From a virus (taxonomy: Duplodnaviria > Caudoviricetes), in the IMG/VR virus record IMGVR_UViG_3300044981_000063, positions 1-55,748 of that record: 55,748 nucleotides of DNA; one strand, 5' to 3'. The translations under genes were made by a program, and so were the position numbers. Below the pieces are notes generated by a model that did no database searches, was not told the origin of the DNA, and was given only the letters and a program-made list of their open reading frames with translations. Each line of letters begins with the position of its first letter. Within the stretch, counting starts at the first letter, position 1. Below, piece after piece: positions 35,679 to 43,876 of the stretch.

Positions 35679-36893
35679 TCACTGCCCCGTCGCGTTGTCT
35701 ATGGCGACAATGCCAACAGCCCACCACGGAATTTGTGTTTGCGTAGGGCTTCCCCAAGCGGCGCTGGTCGTGTTGCGTTGAACCATTTCGCACAGATTTC
35801 CGCACCCGAATAGAAGGTTTATCGCTCCCACGGGGATATTCAAAATCATAGTGGAAACATTGTTGGCGGTCGTAGGCGACATCGCAAAAACGTACTTCGT
35901 GTTGCGGGTTATCGTGACTCTGCTGGAACTCCCTGAGACCAGCATAGGAATGCAGGTTTTCCCTTGAGTGCCGCCATTGTGGTTAGCCTGCGTACCCAAT
36001 AAAGACGTAGACGCCAAGACATTCGGCGTTGATGCCTCATCGGTAAGTTTCCAAGTTACGTTAGCGGTTGGTAAAATACTAACGTTGGCGCAGTAGCTGA
36101 TTTCTTGATTATCGAAGGGAGTTTGAAACTCAAGACCATATTCGAGTGGCGTCGAACCGTTGTTCCAGCTTGTTTGCCCGCTCGTATAGTCAAGCGGCAT
36201 GATGCCTTCGAATGTGGCGTAAGTGCCGTCATCGGCTTCGAACATCACGTCAGGAATTTCAGTTCCGCCCGCGCTCACACTTGCAGCGGTATATGTTGAG
36301 CCGCCATTCGACGAAGATATGATTCCGGGCCCGAAAGGAGAGGGATCGGTGCCAAACGGACCATCAGTTGTCAGCGAACCGCTCGTGTATGCGGAAAAGC
36401 TGAGAACTTCTACAAACTCCTGGTAACAATTCACCACGCCAACGGCGGTAAAATTCGGCGACATGTTGAAAGAATTTGCGGTAACCGCAGAGCTTAACAT
36501 TGTCGCAAGCGCGAGGCCGCTACCAAAAGATGTTCCCGTAGGTACGCCAGGATTGCCTGAACCTGTCGAAATAGGATCGATTTCAATTTGAAGGGTCCAA
36601 GTGCCGGATTTTGTTCCGGCCAAAAATCCAGCGTTCTGAATATTTTTTGAACCGCCGTTGCGACAGGCAAGTGTCGGGCTCCAAAGCCGTCCGACAAACG
36701 CACACCTGGAAGTCGAGGTATTCATGGTGCAACTGGTATTAGCTGTACCGTCCTCCAGTGTGCCCATGTTTATAGGCCATTGCGGCCATTCAAGCGGCTG
36801 GCCACCAATCTCCTGCATCGCCGCCAGCGCCGGAGACGTGAACAGCGCGAAGGCGGCGGCCAGCGCGAGGGTGCTGAATTTACGCAGCATCAT
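35679..36893 (-). CDS. Beta-rich appendage-like protein with signal peptide
   Basis: MMLRKFSTLALAAAFALFTSPALA; LTDEASTPNVL; 8 Cys. Confidence 0.7.
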   Translation of the reverse strand: MMLRKFSTLALAAAFALFTSPALAAMQEIGGQPLEWPQWPINMGTLEDGTANTSCTMNTSTSRCAFVGRLWSPTLACRNGGSKNIQNAGFLAGTKSGTWTLQIEIDPISTGSGNPGVPTGTSFGSGLALATMLSSAVTANSFNMSPNFTAVGVVNCYQEFVEVLSFSAYTSGSLTTDGPFGTDPSPFGPGIISSSNGGSTYTAASVSAGGTEIPDVMFEADDGTYATFEGIMPLDYTSGQTSWNNGSTPLEYGLEFQTPFDNQEISYCANVSILPTANVTWKLTDEASTPNVLASTSLLGTQANHNGGTQGKTCIPMLVSGSSSRVTITRNTKYVFAMSPTTANNVSTMILNIPVGAINLLFGCGNLCEMVQRNTTSAAWGSPTQTQIPWWAVGIVAIDNATGQ

Positions 36894-38092
36894 TGGTCGC
36901 ATTCCATATCAATTTGGGCATATTTTGCGGTAGCGACCGTCTTCAACTGAATGCCAAAAATATCGTTCGCGGTCACGGTGGTTGTCCATCCGGTCAAGGT
37001 GGTAGAGTGAAGCGCGGTACCAGTGGAAAGCGCCGGGAGTGCCGATGCGGTGATCGTATTGGTAACGGTAGGAATTGAGGTGCCGGTAGCTATCTTCCAC
37101 ACGTCGAAGGTAACCGTGCCAGCGTCAACGGTGATGTTGTACGCCGATATGGTGCAGGCATACGGCACGGTGAAATAGACGATTGGACCTGAGGTTAACG
37201 CAGATCCAGTCGTGTCTCCGAAGGTAGTGCCGAAGTCACGGATGCGGGTAATAGCCGGGTTACTTGAGAACTTGGTGAAGGTCGCCGGATCAGTGCCAAT
37301 CGTGTTTACGGTCGAAGTGATGATCCATTGGGTCGTTCCATTCACCGTTCCATTGATAACTGGGATAGCCCCCGTGTTGTTAATGTCGCTGGGCTGGTCG
37401 TAATCGAGCGCACGGGTCAAGATCAGTGGCAGCGCAAGCGCCTGGACCTGGGTGACGTAGTAAATCCCGTTGAATGCTCCACTTGGGCTTTGCGTGTCGT
37501 TCTTGACTAGGAGGCGTTGGCCTAGAGCGGTGAAAGTAAATCCATCCACGGTGAGTGCCGTATTATTCGCTCCCGTGAGAGTCGCCCCAATGCCAGAAAC
37601 GCCATTGTTGTAGGTGTAGGCCGATGTATCGCTCGCCTGTGTCGTAGCGGCTTGGACGGCCACCGCAGGATTTACACCCGCCACGGCATTCGCGATCCCG
37701 GTCGTGACATAGGCGGTGGAGGCGGCCTTGGTGCTGTTGTCGGACGCGGCCTGAGTGGGAACAATCGGGCTTCCGGTAAAGGTCGGGCTCACTGTTCCGG
37801 CAGGGCCGCCTGTACCAGAAGAGGCACCCCCTAAAAGTGTACCTACCCCAGTCCCGAGACCGGAAACTCCGGTGCTAATCGGCACGCCAGTAATATTGGC
37901 GCCATTTCCACTAGACGGCGTTCCAAGGGCGCCAGCGCCCTGTAGGCACGTTCCTGTGGTTGTACCGAATGAAGAACATGGGCCAGATGATCCGCTGCCA
38001 CCGCCGCCCGGAATGGTCTGCGCATATGAATTAGATACACAGACACCAAGACCAACAACTAGCGCGAGAAGAAGACGATAGACCTTTTGCAT
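36890..38092 (-). CDS. Tail-fibre-like protein with signal peptide
   Basis: MQKVYRLLLALVVGLGVCVSNSYA-Q; fibre motifs SPTFTG.P..PT...DNSTK.ASTAYV and VDG......RLLVKN......NGIY.V.....TRA.D.D. Confidence 0.75.
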   Translation of the reverse strand: MQKVYRLLLALVVGLGVCVSNSYAQTIPGGGGSGSSGPCSSFGTTTGTCLQGAGALGTPSSGNGANITGVPISTGVSGLGTGVGTLLGGASSGTGGPAGTVSPTFTGSPIVPTQAASDNSTKAASTAYVTTGIANAVAGVNPAVAVQAATTQASDTSAYTYNNGVSGIGATLTGANNTALTVDGFTFTALGQRLLVKNDTQSPSGAFNGIYYVTQVQALALPLILTRALDYDQPSDINNTGAIPVINGTVNGTTQWIITSTVNTIGTDPATFTKFSSNPAITRIRDFGTTFGDTTGSALTSGPIVYFTVPYACTISAYNITVDAGTVTFDVWKIATGTSIPTVTNTITASALPALSTGTALHSTTLTGWTTTVTANDIFGIQLKTVATAKYAQIDMECDQ

Positions 38093-38102
38093 ACCATCCT
38101 GC

Positions 38103-38624
38103 TTATTGGAAATTCGCGGTGAATGTGTCTGTTGCCGTCCCTGTGATGCTCACTTGATCCGTCAAGACACCAAGGCCGCCAACCGCGCACGCTATTGACC
38201 CTCCTGGAGTTGTCGCCGTTCCGGGGGGTAATCCGAAGGCCGTGGCTTTTGTTGCGCTGCCGATCGGCCCGAAAAAAACCCACATCTCGTTAGCTTGGGA
38301 ATTGTTCTGGATCAGGCAACCATTGCGCCCTGCCGTGGAAGCTTGAATGGATTGAAAAGTATTGGTCACCGAAATTGTGCTGGATAGATTTGTCGATGTG
38401 AGGGCGGCAACCGTCACAGTGGCGGAGACGGTCGCGTTGACGCAGGATTTTCCGTTGACATCCTGCGTGATGGCGCGGTTTGTCCCGGCGACATAAGTAG
38501 CCGGAGGTGTGCCGCAGACCGCTACGACTATAGCAGATGAGCTTTGAGCTTCTGCTGGCATATTGCAGGCCGCCAAGACAAAGATGCCCATCACCCACGG
38601 GAGCATGAACAAAAACTTTCTCAT
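38103..38624 (-). CDS. Beta-rich protein with signal peptide or lipoprotein signal
   Basis: MRKFLFMLPWVMGIFVLAACNMPAEA-Q; R.G.LIQNNS. Confidence 0.7.
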   Translation of the reverse strand: MRKFLFMLPWVMGIFVLAACNMPAEAQSSSAIVVAVCGTPPATYVAGTNRAITQDVNGKSCVNATVSATVTVAALTSTNLSSTISVTNTFQSIQASTAGRNGCLIQNNSQANEMWVFFGPIGSATKATAFGLPPGTATTPGGSIACAVGGLGVLTDQVSITGTATDTFTANFQ

Positions 38625-39046
38625 TGATGGATTCCCTTAGTGCCGCGGATTTTCAGCGTGTATTGGGAACTTACCTGGGGTAGCACGGTAGAGAGGAGGA
38701 TTTTTCCGGTGGCACCAACTAAGGTCGGTGGGATCACCAATCCGCCGACCTTATCGAAATTGAATTTCCCATATCCCTCCAGAAGCAGGCAGTTGGCCGG
38801 CGTGGGAGAAGCATCCCAAGTGAGTTTTACGCCCATATTCTGGACGCTATACTCGACTTCCCTAATTTTCAGATGCACGCCAGGATAGAGAGTCTGCCCT
38901 ATGAGGTTCACGCCTAAGGGCCCGGAAGGAGATCCATCCACCTTCACCACATTGGTTTCACCAGTACCGTCGGAAAGATTGGTAAGGACATAAACCCACC
39001 AATTATTTCCATTTTCGACAAGCTGAGATGTCACGACATCTGCCAA
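38621..39046 (-). CDS. Virion structural protein
   Basis: MADVVTSQ..E.G....V..LTN.SDGTGE..VVKVD; GATG.I..ST. Confidence 0.75.
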   Translation of the reverse strand: MADVVTSQLVENGNNWWVYVLTNLSDGTGETNVVKVDGSPSGPLGVNLIGQTLYPGVHLKIREVEYSVQNMGVKLTWDASPTPANCLLLEGYGKFNFDKVGGLVIPPTLVGATGKILLSTVLPQVSSQYTLKIRGTKGIHQ

Positions 39047-39060
39047 GGTGAGAACTCCAT

Positions 39061-39100
39061 AAAGAGAAAGGCCCAGCCCGCATATATCGAGCCGGGCCTT
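39061..39100 (-). terminator. Rho-independent terminator
   Basis: AAGGCCCGGC.../GCTGGGCCTT stem then TCTCTTT on minus strand. Confidence 0.6.
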
Positions 39101-39124
39101 CCCGTTTTTACGCTAGTCCGATTA

Positions 39125-39790
39125 TTAGATCGGGATTTCTTCCCAGATCGCGGTAACGCCCGTTGCGGTCTGGCCCGAGGTGGTGATGGTCGTACCCACG
39201 ATCATCAGGCAGCCCGGCGGCAGGATCAGCGTGCCGTCAAAGTCTTCCGACATAATAGGTTGCTGCGCAGGGGCGGTAATAGCACCTGTGCCCGCTGACA
39301 TGCCGTTGTTGCGGAACATGGTGGCGGCAGAGCCCAGGGTTGCCGCGCTTGCCACGACAGCAACCGAATTGCCGGCGCCTGCCACGGTCGGGATAAGCAC
39401 CGGACCGCGCGTGGCCGTGATCGGGGTAACGGCCGAGACTGGTGTACCAAGGCCCTGACCAGCATTTGGCAGGAACGCATAGCCATAACCGGAAGCCGTG
39501 GTCATCGCAGTGGTTGGCGTAATCTGGACACGGATGATCGACAGGTTCTTGGTCGTGCTCTGGTTCCAGAGAACAAACGTCGGAGAAGTCGAGGACAGGA
39601 TCGGCAGCGTCACGCCAGCAAGAGCAGTCGAGCCCCAATACACGTTGCCGCGATAGGCCTGTGTGTAATATTTGCCGTGCAATTCGCTGACAATCTGGTC
39701 GCCCTGCTTGCCTTGCAGTGCCGGCAGGTTGGTACCGTCCGAGGCCGAGACGTTCGACGGCGGGTTAACTAGTCCATATGAAACAGGCAT
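39125..39790 (-). CDS. Virion structural protein
   Basis: G..G.QIVSELHGKYY.QAYRGNVY; ends WEEIPI; AAAGGAAG RBS. Confidence 0.75.
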   Translation of the reverse strand: MPVSYGLVNPPSNVSASDGTNLPALQGKQGDQIVSELHGKYYTQAYRGNVYWGSTALAGVTLPILSSTSPTFVLWNQSTTKNLSIIRVQITPTTAMTTASGYGYAFLPNAGQGLGTPVSAVTPITATRGPVLIPTVAGAGNSVAVVASAATLGSAATMFRNNGMSAGTGAITAPAQQPIMSEDFDGTLILPPGCLMIVGTTITTSGQTATGVTAIWEEIPI

Positions 39791-39849
39791 TTTCGTCTTC
39801 CTTTCAAACCCCGAGAAGCGCCGGGTACGCCCAGGCCATTCGGCCTAAA

Positions 39850-40059
39850 TTAGTTGGTAGCCCCCGCTACGGGAACGGGAATGCCGAGTTGAACCGCGAT
39901 GTCATTGCGGAAGCGATCGAGGTCATCGACCGCCTGCCCCCCCATCATCTGCTGCAGCAGCATCGAGATGACGCGGCTCTCGATCAGATCCAAATCCAGC
40001 ACGGGATCATTTCCTAGGCTCAAATTGCCTTGGGTATCGCCAGAGAGTCCAGTTGGCAT
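39850..40059 (-). CDS. Small structural-module protein
   Basis: AAGGAG RBS; acidic helical sequence. Confidence 0.65.
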   Translation of the reverse strand: MPTGLSGDTQGNLSLGNDPVLDLDLIESRVISMLLQQMMGGQAVDDLDRFRNDIAVQLGIPVPVAGATN

Positions 40060-40071
40060 GGGAAGTTCTCC

Positions 40072-40401
40072 TTAATCGACAGGCTGCACGAGAGACAATG
40101 AAACAACCGGTGTCCCACTGGTAATGGTCAGAATATTGATTCGGATGGCAGTCGCCGGGAACTGCATCGAGCCGTTTTTCGAGGCCGTCAAATTGGTCAT
40201 GTTGTCCATGCCGTTGACGATAGTGCCGAAGCCCGGAAGCTTAGGATCCTGGCCGGTGACCTCGATGTTATAGGTGCAAGCCCCGCCGGAAAGGTTCGCG
40301 ATCAACCCGCAGCCGACATTGAAGGAATTGAGATTGACCAGCATCCAGGCGCTTGGGCCGACTGCACTCTGCTGCTTGGTCTGCGAAATTGCCATGGGCA
40401 T
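40072..40401 (-). CDS. Small beta-rich structural protein
   Basis: TYNIE.T.QD....FPATAIRI. Confidence 0.7.
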   Translation of the reverse strand: MPMAISQTKQQSAVGPSAWMLVNLNSFNVGCGLIANLSGGACTYNIEVTGQDPKLPGFGTIVNGMDNMTNLTASKNGSMQFPATAIRINILTITSGTPVVSLSLVQPVD

Positions 40402-40519
40402 CCTCTTCCGATTGCTGGATCAGAAGACCGGCCGGCGCACACGATGTGAAGGGCTATGAAAGCCAAGACCCAGAGACATCGAATTGCTAACGACGGTCTT
40501 ACTGGTCTGGCTGGGGAGA

Positions 40520-40548
40520 GTTATCGCGCAAGGGCGCGGACTTGTCAA
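40520..40548 (-). promoter_or_regulatory. Putative promoter for post-capsid operon
   Basis: TTGACA 40548-40543, 17 nt, GATAAC 40525-40520. Confidence 0.55.
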
Positions 40549-40556
40549 TTAAGACC

Positions 40557-40586
40557 AAAGCAAAACCCCGGCCTGGGGAGCCGGGG
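40557..40586 (-). terminator. Rho-independent terminator
   Basis: CCCCGGC-N7-GCCGGGG-TTTTGCTTT. Confidence 0.75.
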
Positions 40587-40600
40587 CGGATAGGATTGGC

Positions 40601-40660
40601 CTATTCCTTTTTCTTCTTCTTTTTCTTCTTCATCTTTTCGTGTTTGTGTTCCTTGGCCAT
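40601..40660 (-). CDS. 19-aa poly-lysine peptide MAKEHKHEKMKKKKKKKKE
   Basis: AAGGA RBS; mixed AAG/AAA codons; followed by terminator. Confidence 0.55.
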   Translation of the reverse strand: MAKEHKHEKMKKKKKKKKE

Positions 40661-40694
40661 GGCGGATTCCTTGCAAGATTACGAGGCCGCCAAA

Positions 40695-41444
40695 CTAGGC
40701 CTGTTTCGCGGGAACCGACAAGGGGGCCGCATGCTTTTCCAGATAGGCGATGGCGGCGCGGAGGGTTTCAATCGAATCGTCTGCACCGCGGCGCCCGATC
40801 ATCGTGTTGCAGCGTCCGCATAACAAACCTCGAACCTTCAATGTCCTATGGTCATGGTCGATGCTCATGCGCCTGGGCTTGCGTTCTGGGTGACGGGGAT
40901 TGACCATACTTTCCGGCTTGCGGCAGATGGCGCATTTGCCGCCCTGTTCCTTAAACATCTCATCGCGGCGCTCGCGCGAAACGCCATACTTGCGCTCATC
41001 GCTCCATGTCTTTCCGTACTCTGAATGATATTCGCGCTGGTCCTGAGTTTCCGGACTGCGAAGGGTGGCGAGCCAGAACATATTAGTCGCAGACCACGGC
41101 TCATCCGCCCTGGCACGGCGCAGTTGATAATCTCCGTCTGGTCGGGTCGGCACATCGGCAATAAATGCCTCGAACTTATCCCAGGAGGTCGGGAATTGGC
41201 CCGGATATCTGGAGCGGAGGTTCTTCCAAGGCTGCTTAAGCGGATGCTCGGCTCGTAGATAATGCTTGGAGCATAGGTTTTTGGAAAAGGCTTTCTCTTG
41301 GCATCCTTCGGCTTTGCATTGGCCGCTATTCACAACATTGATGCGAGCGAGGGTGCCGCGCTTCTTGAGACGATGGTAGCAAGGGCAACAATACCCCCGC
41401 GCCAATATCTTTTCGTTGAAACATTCTGGGTTGATGCATTTCAT
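40695..41444 (-). CDS. Endonuclease VII-family HNH nuclease with N-terminal Cys repeats
   Basis: Q.GKCAIC...IDHDH.T.KVRGLLCGRCN..IG; C..EGC......LCSKHY. Confidence 0.9.
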   Translation of the reverse strand: MKCINPECFNEKILARGYCCPCYHRLKKRGTLARINVVNSGQCKAEGCQEKAFSKNLCSKHYLRAEHPLKQPWKNLRSRYPGQFPTSWDKFEAFIADVPTRPDGDYQLRRARADEPWSATNMFWLATLRSPETQDQREYHSEYGKTWSDERKYGVSRERRDEMFKEQGGKCAICRKPESMVNPRHPERKPRRMSIDHDHRTLKVRGLLCGRCNTMIGRRGADDSIETLRAAIAYLEKHAAPLSVPAKQA

Positions 41445-41470
41445 CTAACTCTCCTATCTTCGATACTATG

Positions 41471-41499
41471 ATTATCGAAAATTGCAGAGATAGTGTCAA
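41471..41499 (-). promoter_or_regulatory. Promoter of the Endo VII gene
   Basis: TTGACA 41499-41494, 17 nt, GATAAT 41476-41471. Confidence 0.7.
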
Positions 41500-41510
41500 G
41501 AGTGATATTG

Positions 41511-41537
41511 AAAAGAAAAGGGCCGCAGAAGCGGCCC
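41511..41537 (-). terminator. Terminator after major capsid gene
   Basis: GGGCCGC-TTCT-GCGGCCC-TTTTCTTTT. Confidence 0.85.
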
Positions 41538-41562
41538 AAATCTAAGTCATTGAAAACATTGG

Positions 41563-42483
41563 TCACACACCGGGCGTTGCCCAGTACGACCGCCAATCCG
41601 TCACGCCTACTGAGAATCTCATATAGAGTGACGCTTTTGCGTTTTTACTATCGAACTCATTGTCAGTATCGAACATAGGCTTATCACGCCACATAAATTG
41701 CGCACCTGCCGGGGCATTTGTGCGGATGTAGAAGGCGGTTCCGGAGAGCAGATAGTGGTTGACCATAATGCCCTTGCGGAACATGCCGGACGCCTTGATG
41801 ACGTTGATGGCGTTGGTCGAGGTGTCGTTCTGCAGAACGGAATGGAGGATGCGGTTGGCGTCATACCAGCCCACGGGCGAGATGCCGAGGGCTTCGGGGA
41901 TCAGGGCGATGCGATTGCCGCGGTAGTCTGTGGCCTGCATGATCTGGATGCCGAGATCCTCGATCGCCACTTCGGAAATGTCCGCACTGGTGTTGAGCAG
42001 GTTGGACTGATTCCCAGAGATGGTGGGATGGGTGGCGGAGAACAGCGCTTGGCCATCGCCGATCGGGAAGGCAGGATTGAAGCCTTGGTTGAAAGGATTG
42101 GCAGCAACGATTTCTTCGGTCTGGCGGCCGGCGAAGGCCAACATGGCGGCGCGGCGCTTGGAGACGACTTCGTAAAGATTATCCCGCAGTTCCTCGAAGG
42201 TGACGATATAGCCGCCGCCGTAAGCGATGTGAGTGTAGCGGGTGACGGAGCCCTGGACTTCAGTGTCGTAGGTGACGGCTTGGCCCTGGTCCTTCTCACG
42301 CAGCACGGAGAAGCCGGAGATTTCGACCTCTTCCTCATAGGCCTTGTCGGAAGTTACGACATCGAACCAGTCGGGATATTCCGCCTCATGTTCGTCGTAT
42401 TCGCGACCCCACCAAAGCTTGATCCCGGGCCACAAGGCTTTGGGGTGCGCGCCTGTGTTAATTACGCCGCCAACTGCTGCCAT
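41563..42483 (-). CDS. Major capsid protein (HK97 fold, Mu gpT-like family)
   Basis: K.LWPG; S.KAYEE; Y.H..Y..G..VT.E...DNLY; GDG.ALFSATHP; R.S.G.TDWR; strong codon bias. Confidence 0.9.
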   Translation of the reverse strand: MAAVGGVINTGAHPKALWPGIKLWWGREYDEHEAEYPDWFDVVTSDKAYEEEVEISGFSVLREKDQGQAVTYDTEVQGSVTRYTHIAYGGGYIVTFEELRDNLYEVVSKRRAAMLAFAGRQTEEIVAANPFNQGFNPAFPIGDGQALFSATHPTISGNQSNLLNTSADISEVAIEDLGIQIMQATDYRGNRIALIPEALGISPVGWYDANRILHSVLQNDTSTNAINVIKASGMFRKGIMVNHYLLSGTAFYIRTNAPAGAQFMWRDKPMFDTDNEFDSKNAKASLYMRFSVGVTDWRSYWATPGV

Positions 42484-42509
42484 GATAATCTCCTCTTAAA
42501 CAGATTGGC

Positions 42510-43112
42510 TTACACGCCGACGTTGGATGAGAATTGCGGGTTATTCAGGGTGACGACCCAATCAGCATTGGTGCCGACCGTATTCCCTGGACCTCGCAGC
42601 AAAGCGATGATCTTGACCTGATAGGTTGGATTTGCAGAGGCGGTGACCGATGAGCTTTGCAGCTGCCAGCCAGAATATCCGGTAATGAGATTGCCGGCAC
42701 CCGCCACAAGATTGCCGACCGCAAATCCGGCGAGGGCAGCCGAAATGGCGCCGCCGACAGAATCTTCCTGGACGACGTACATTTGGTCCGGGCTATCGGT
42801 AATCATGGCGTAATTGAGTAGGCCGCCTTGCCGGTAAATGGGGAGGTCGCGGGTGATAGTCACGCCAGAACCTGATGGTCCGTTGCAGTTGCCCAGCATA
42901 GTGCCGAGAATAGCGTTGCCGGCACCAGCAACTGCAGGGCCTACCAGAGGGACGCCGAAAGCATCCGTACCTCCGACCGCCACGACCGGATCACCAAGGA
43001 AGATGTTGACCAACTGGCTCGCGGGAAACGCAACCATCTTCCCTTGCCCTGACCAGGGCGTGGCGTTTTGATTGATCGGCCGAATGCCGAAGGCTTGATT
43101 TGCATTTGCCAT
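42510..43112 (-). CDS. Capsid decoration / minor capsid protein
   Basis: MAN.N.AFG.RP; IF.GDPV; D.PD..YVVQED; directly upstream of MCP. Confidence 0.75.
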   Translation of the reverse strand: MANANQAFGIRPINQNATPWSGQGKMVAFPASQLVNIFLGDPVVAVGGTDAFGVPLVGPAVAGAGNAILGTMLGNCNGPSGSGVTITRDLPIYRQGGLLNYAMITDSPDQMYVVQEDSVGGAISAALAGFAVGNLVAGAGNLITGYSGWQLQSSSVTASANPTYQVKIIALLRGPGNTVGTNADWVVTLNNPQFSSNVGV

Positions 43113-43204
43113 TGCCGTCTCCGGTCAAGATGAGAGCCAAAGGACAGCGCGACAATCGCGCGGCCCAACATTCTGGCTGGCTATCTTGGGATGGCTTGGT
43201 CTGG

Positions 43205-43876
43205 CTAGGACTGCGAGCGAACCGCCGTCGAGGTCACAGAAATTGCCGAATCCTTGGGGGAATAGAACTTGTCCCTGTCGGATGCCTGTGCCTGACCAGG
43301 ACGTGCCTGGATCGGGTTCTTTTTGATCTCGTCTATCCTAGCTTGTGCCGCATCGTGGCGGGCCTTCATGTCTTCTTCCCAGAAGACTAGGGGTAGTTCC
43401 ATTGCGTAGGCGTACATTGCTCCGCCGTCTCGGCCTCGCCCTACGACTCGCTTGGTTGGCTTGCCTTCCTTGTCGTTGACATATGCCCAGCCATTGCTCT
43501 CAGCTTCGGTCACACGCCCCGGTTCATCGTTGAACCAGTGCCTGTGATAACCCGCTCTCGTCGCCAAAGCAAGTTTTTGCGTGAAGGCACCGAAGGGACG
43601 GCGCAGTTTTCTGATGCGCTCGATGTCGGCATGGAGGTTGGTGGGCTCGCTTTGCGCTACCGCAATACCCGCATCAGCCGTGAGATTTGTCTCGCTCGCA
43701 TCAACGGCGAGGGCTGACAGGGGTGACGATTGTGTCTCCGGCGCGGGAGCGGCAGCAACAGCCACAGGAGGCGCCACGTCCACCTTTGGCTTTGGCTTTG
43801 GGCCCGGCTTTCCCCGCGGCGGAAGCGTGCTGACGGCGGGAGCGTTCGGATCATAAAACCCTTGTTTATCGGCCAT
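43205..43876 (-). CDS. Conserved head-module protein
   Basis: GY.RHWFND.PGR......GW.YV; AY.M..P...WEED. Confidence 0.75.
   Translation of the reverse strand: MADKQGFYDPNAPAVSTLPPRGKPGPKPKPKVDVAPPVAVAAAPAPETQSSPLSALAVDASETNLTADAGIAVAQSEPTNLHADIERIRKLRRPFGAFTQKLALATRAGYHRHWFNDEPGRVTEAESNGWAYVNDKEGKPTKRVVGRGRDGGAMYAYAMELPLVFWEEDMKARHDAAQARIDEIKKNPIQARPGQAQASDRDKFYSPKDSAISVTSTAVRSQS

Noticed and set aside
41698-42621. 307-aa plus-strand ORF
   Set aside because: Antisense shadow of the highly codon-biased capsid gene; the same applies to most long plus-strand ORFs in the late arm
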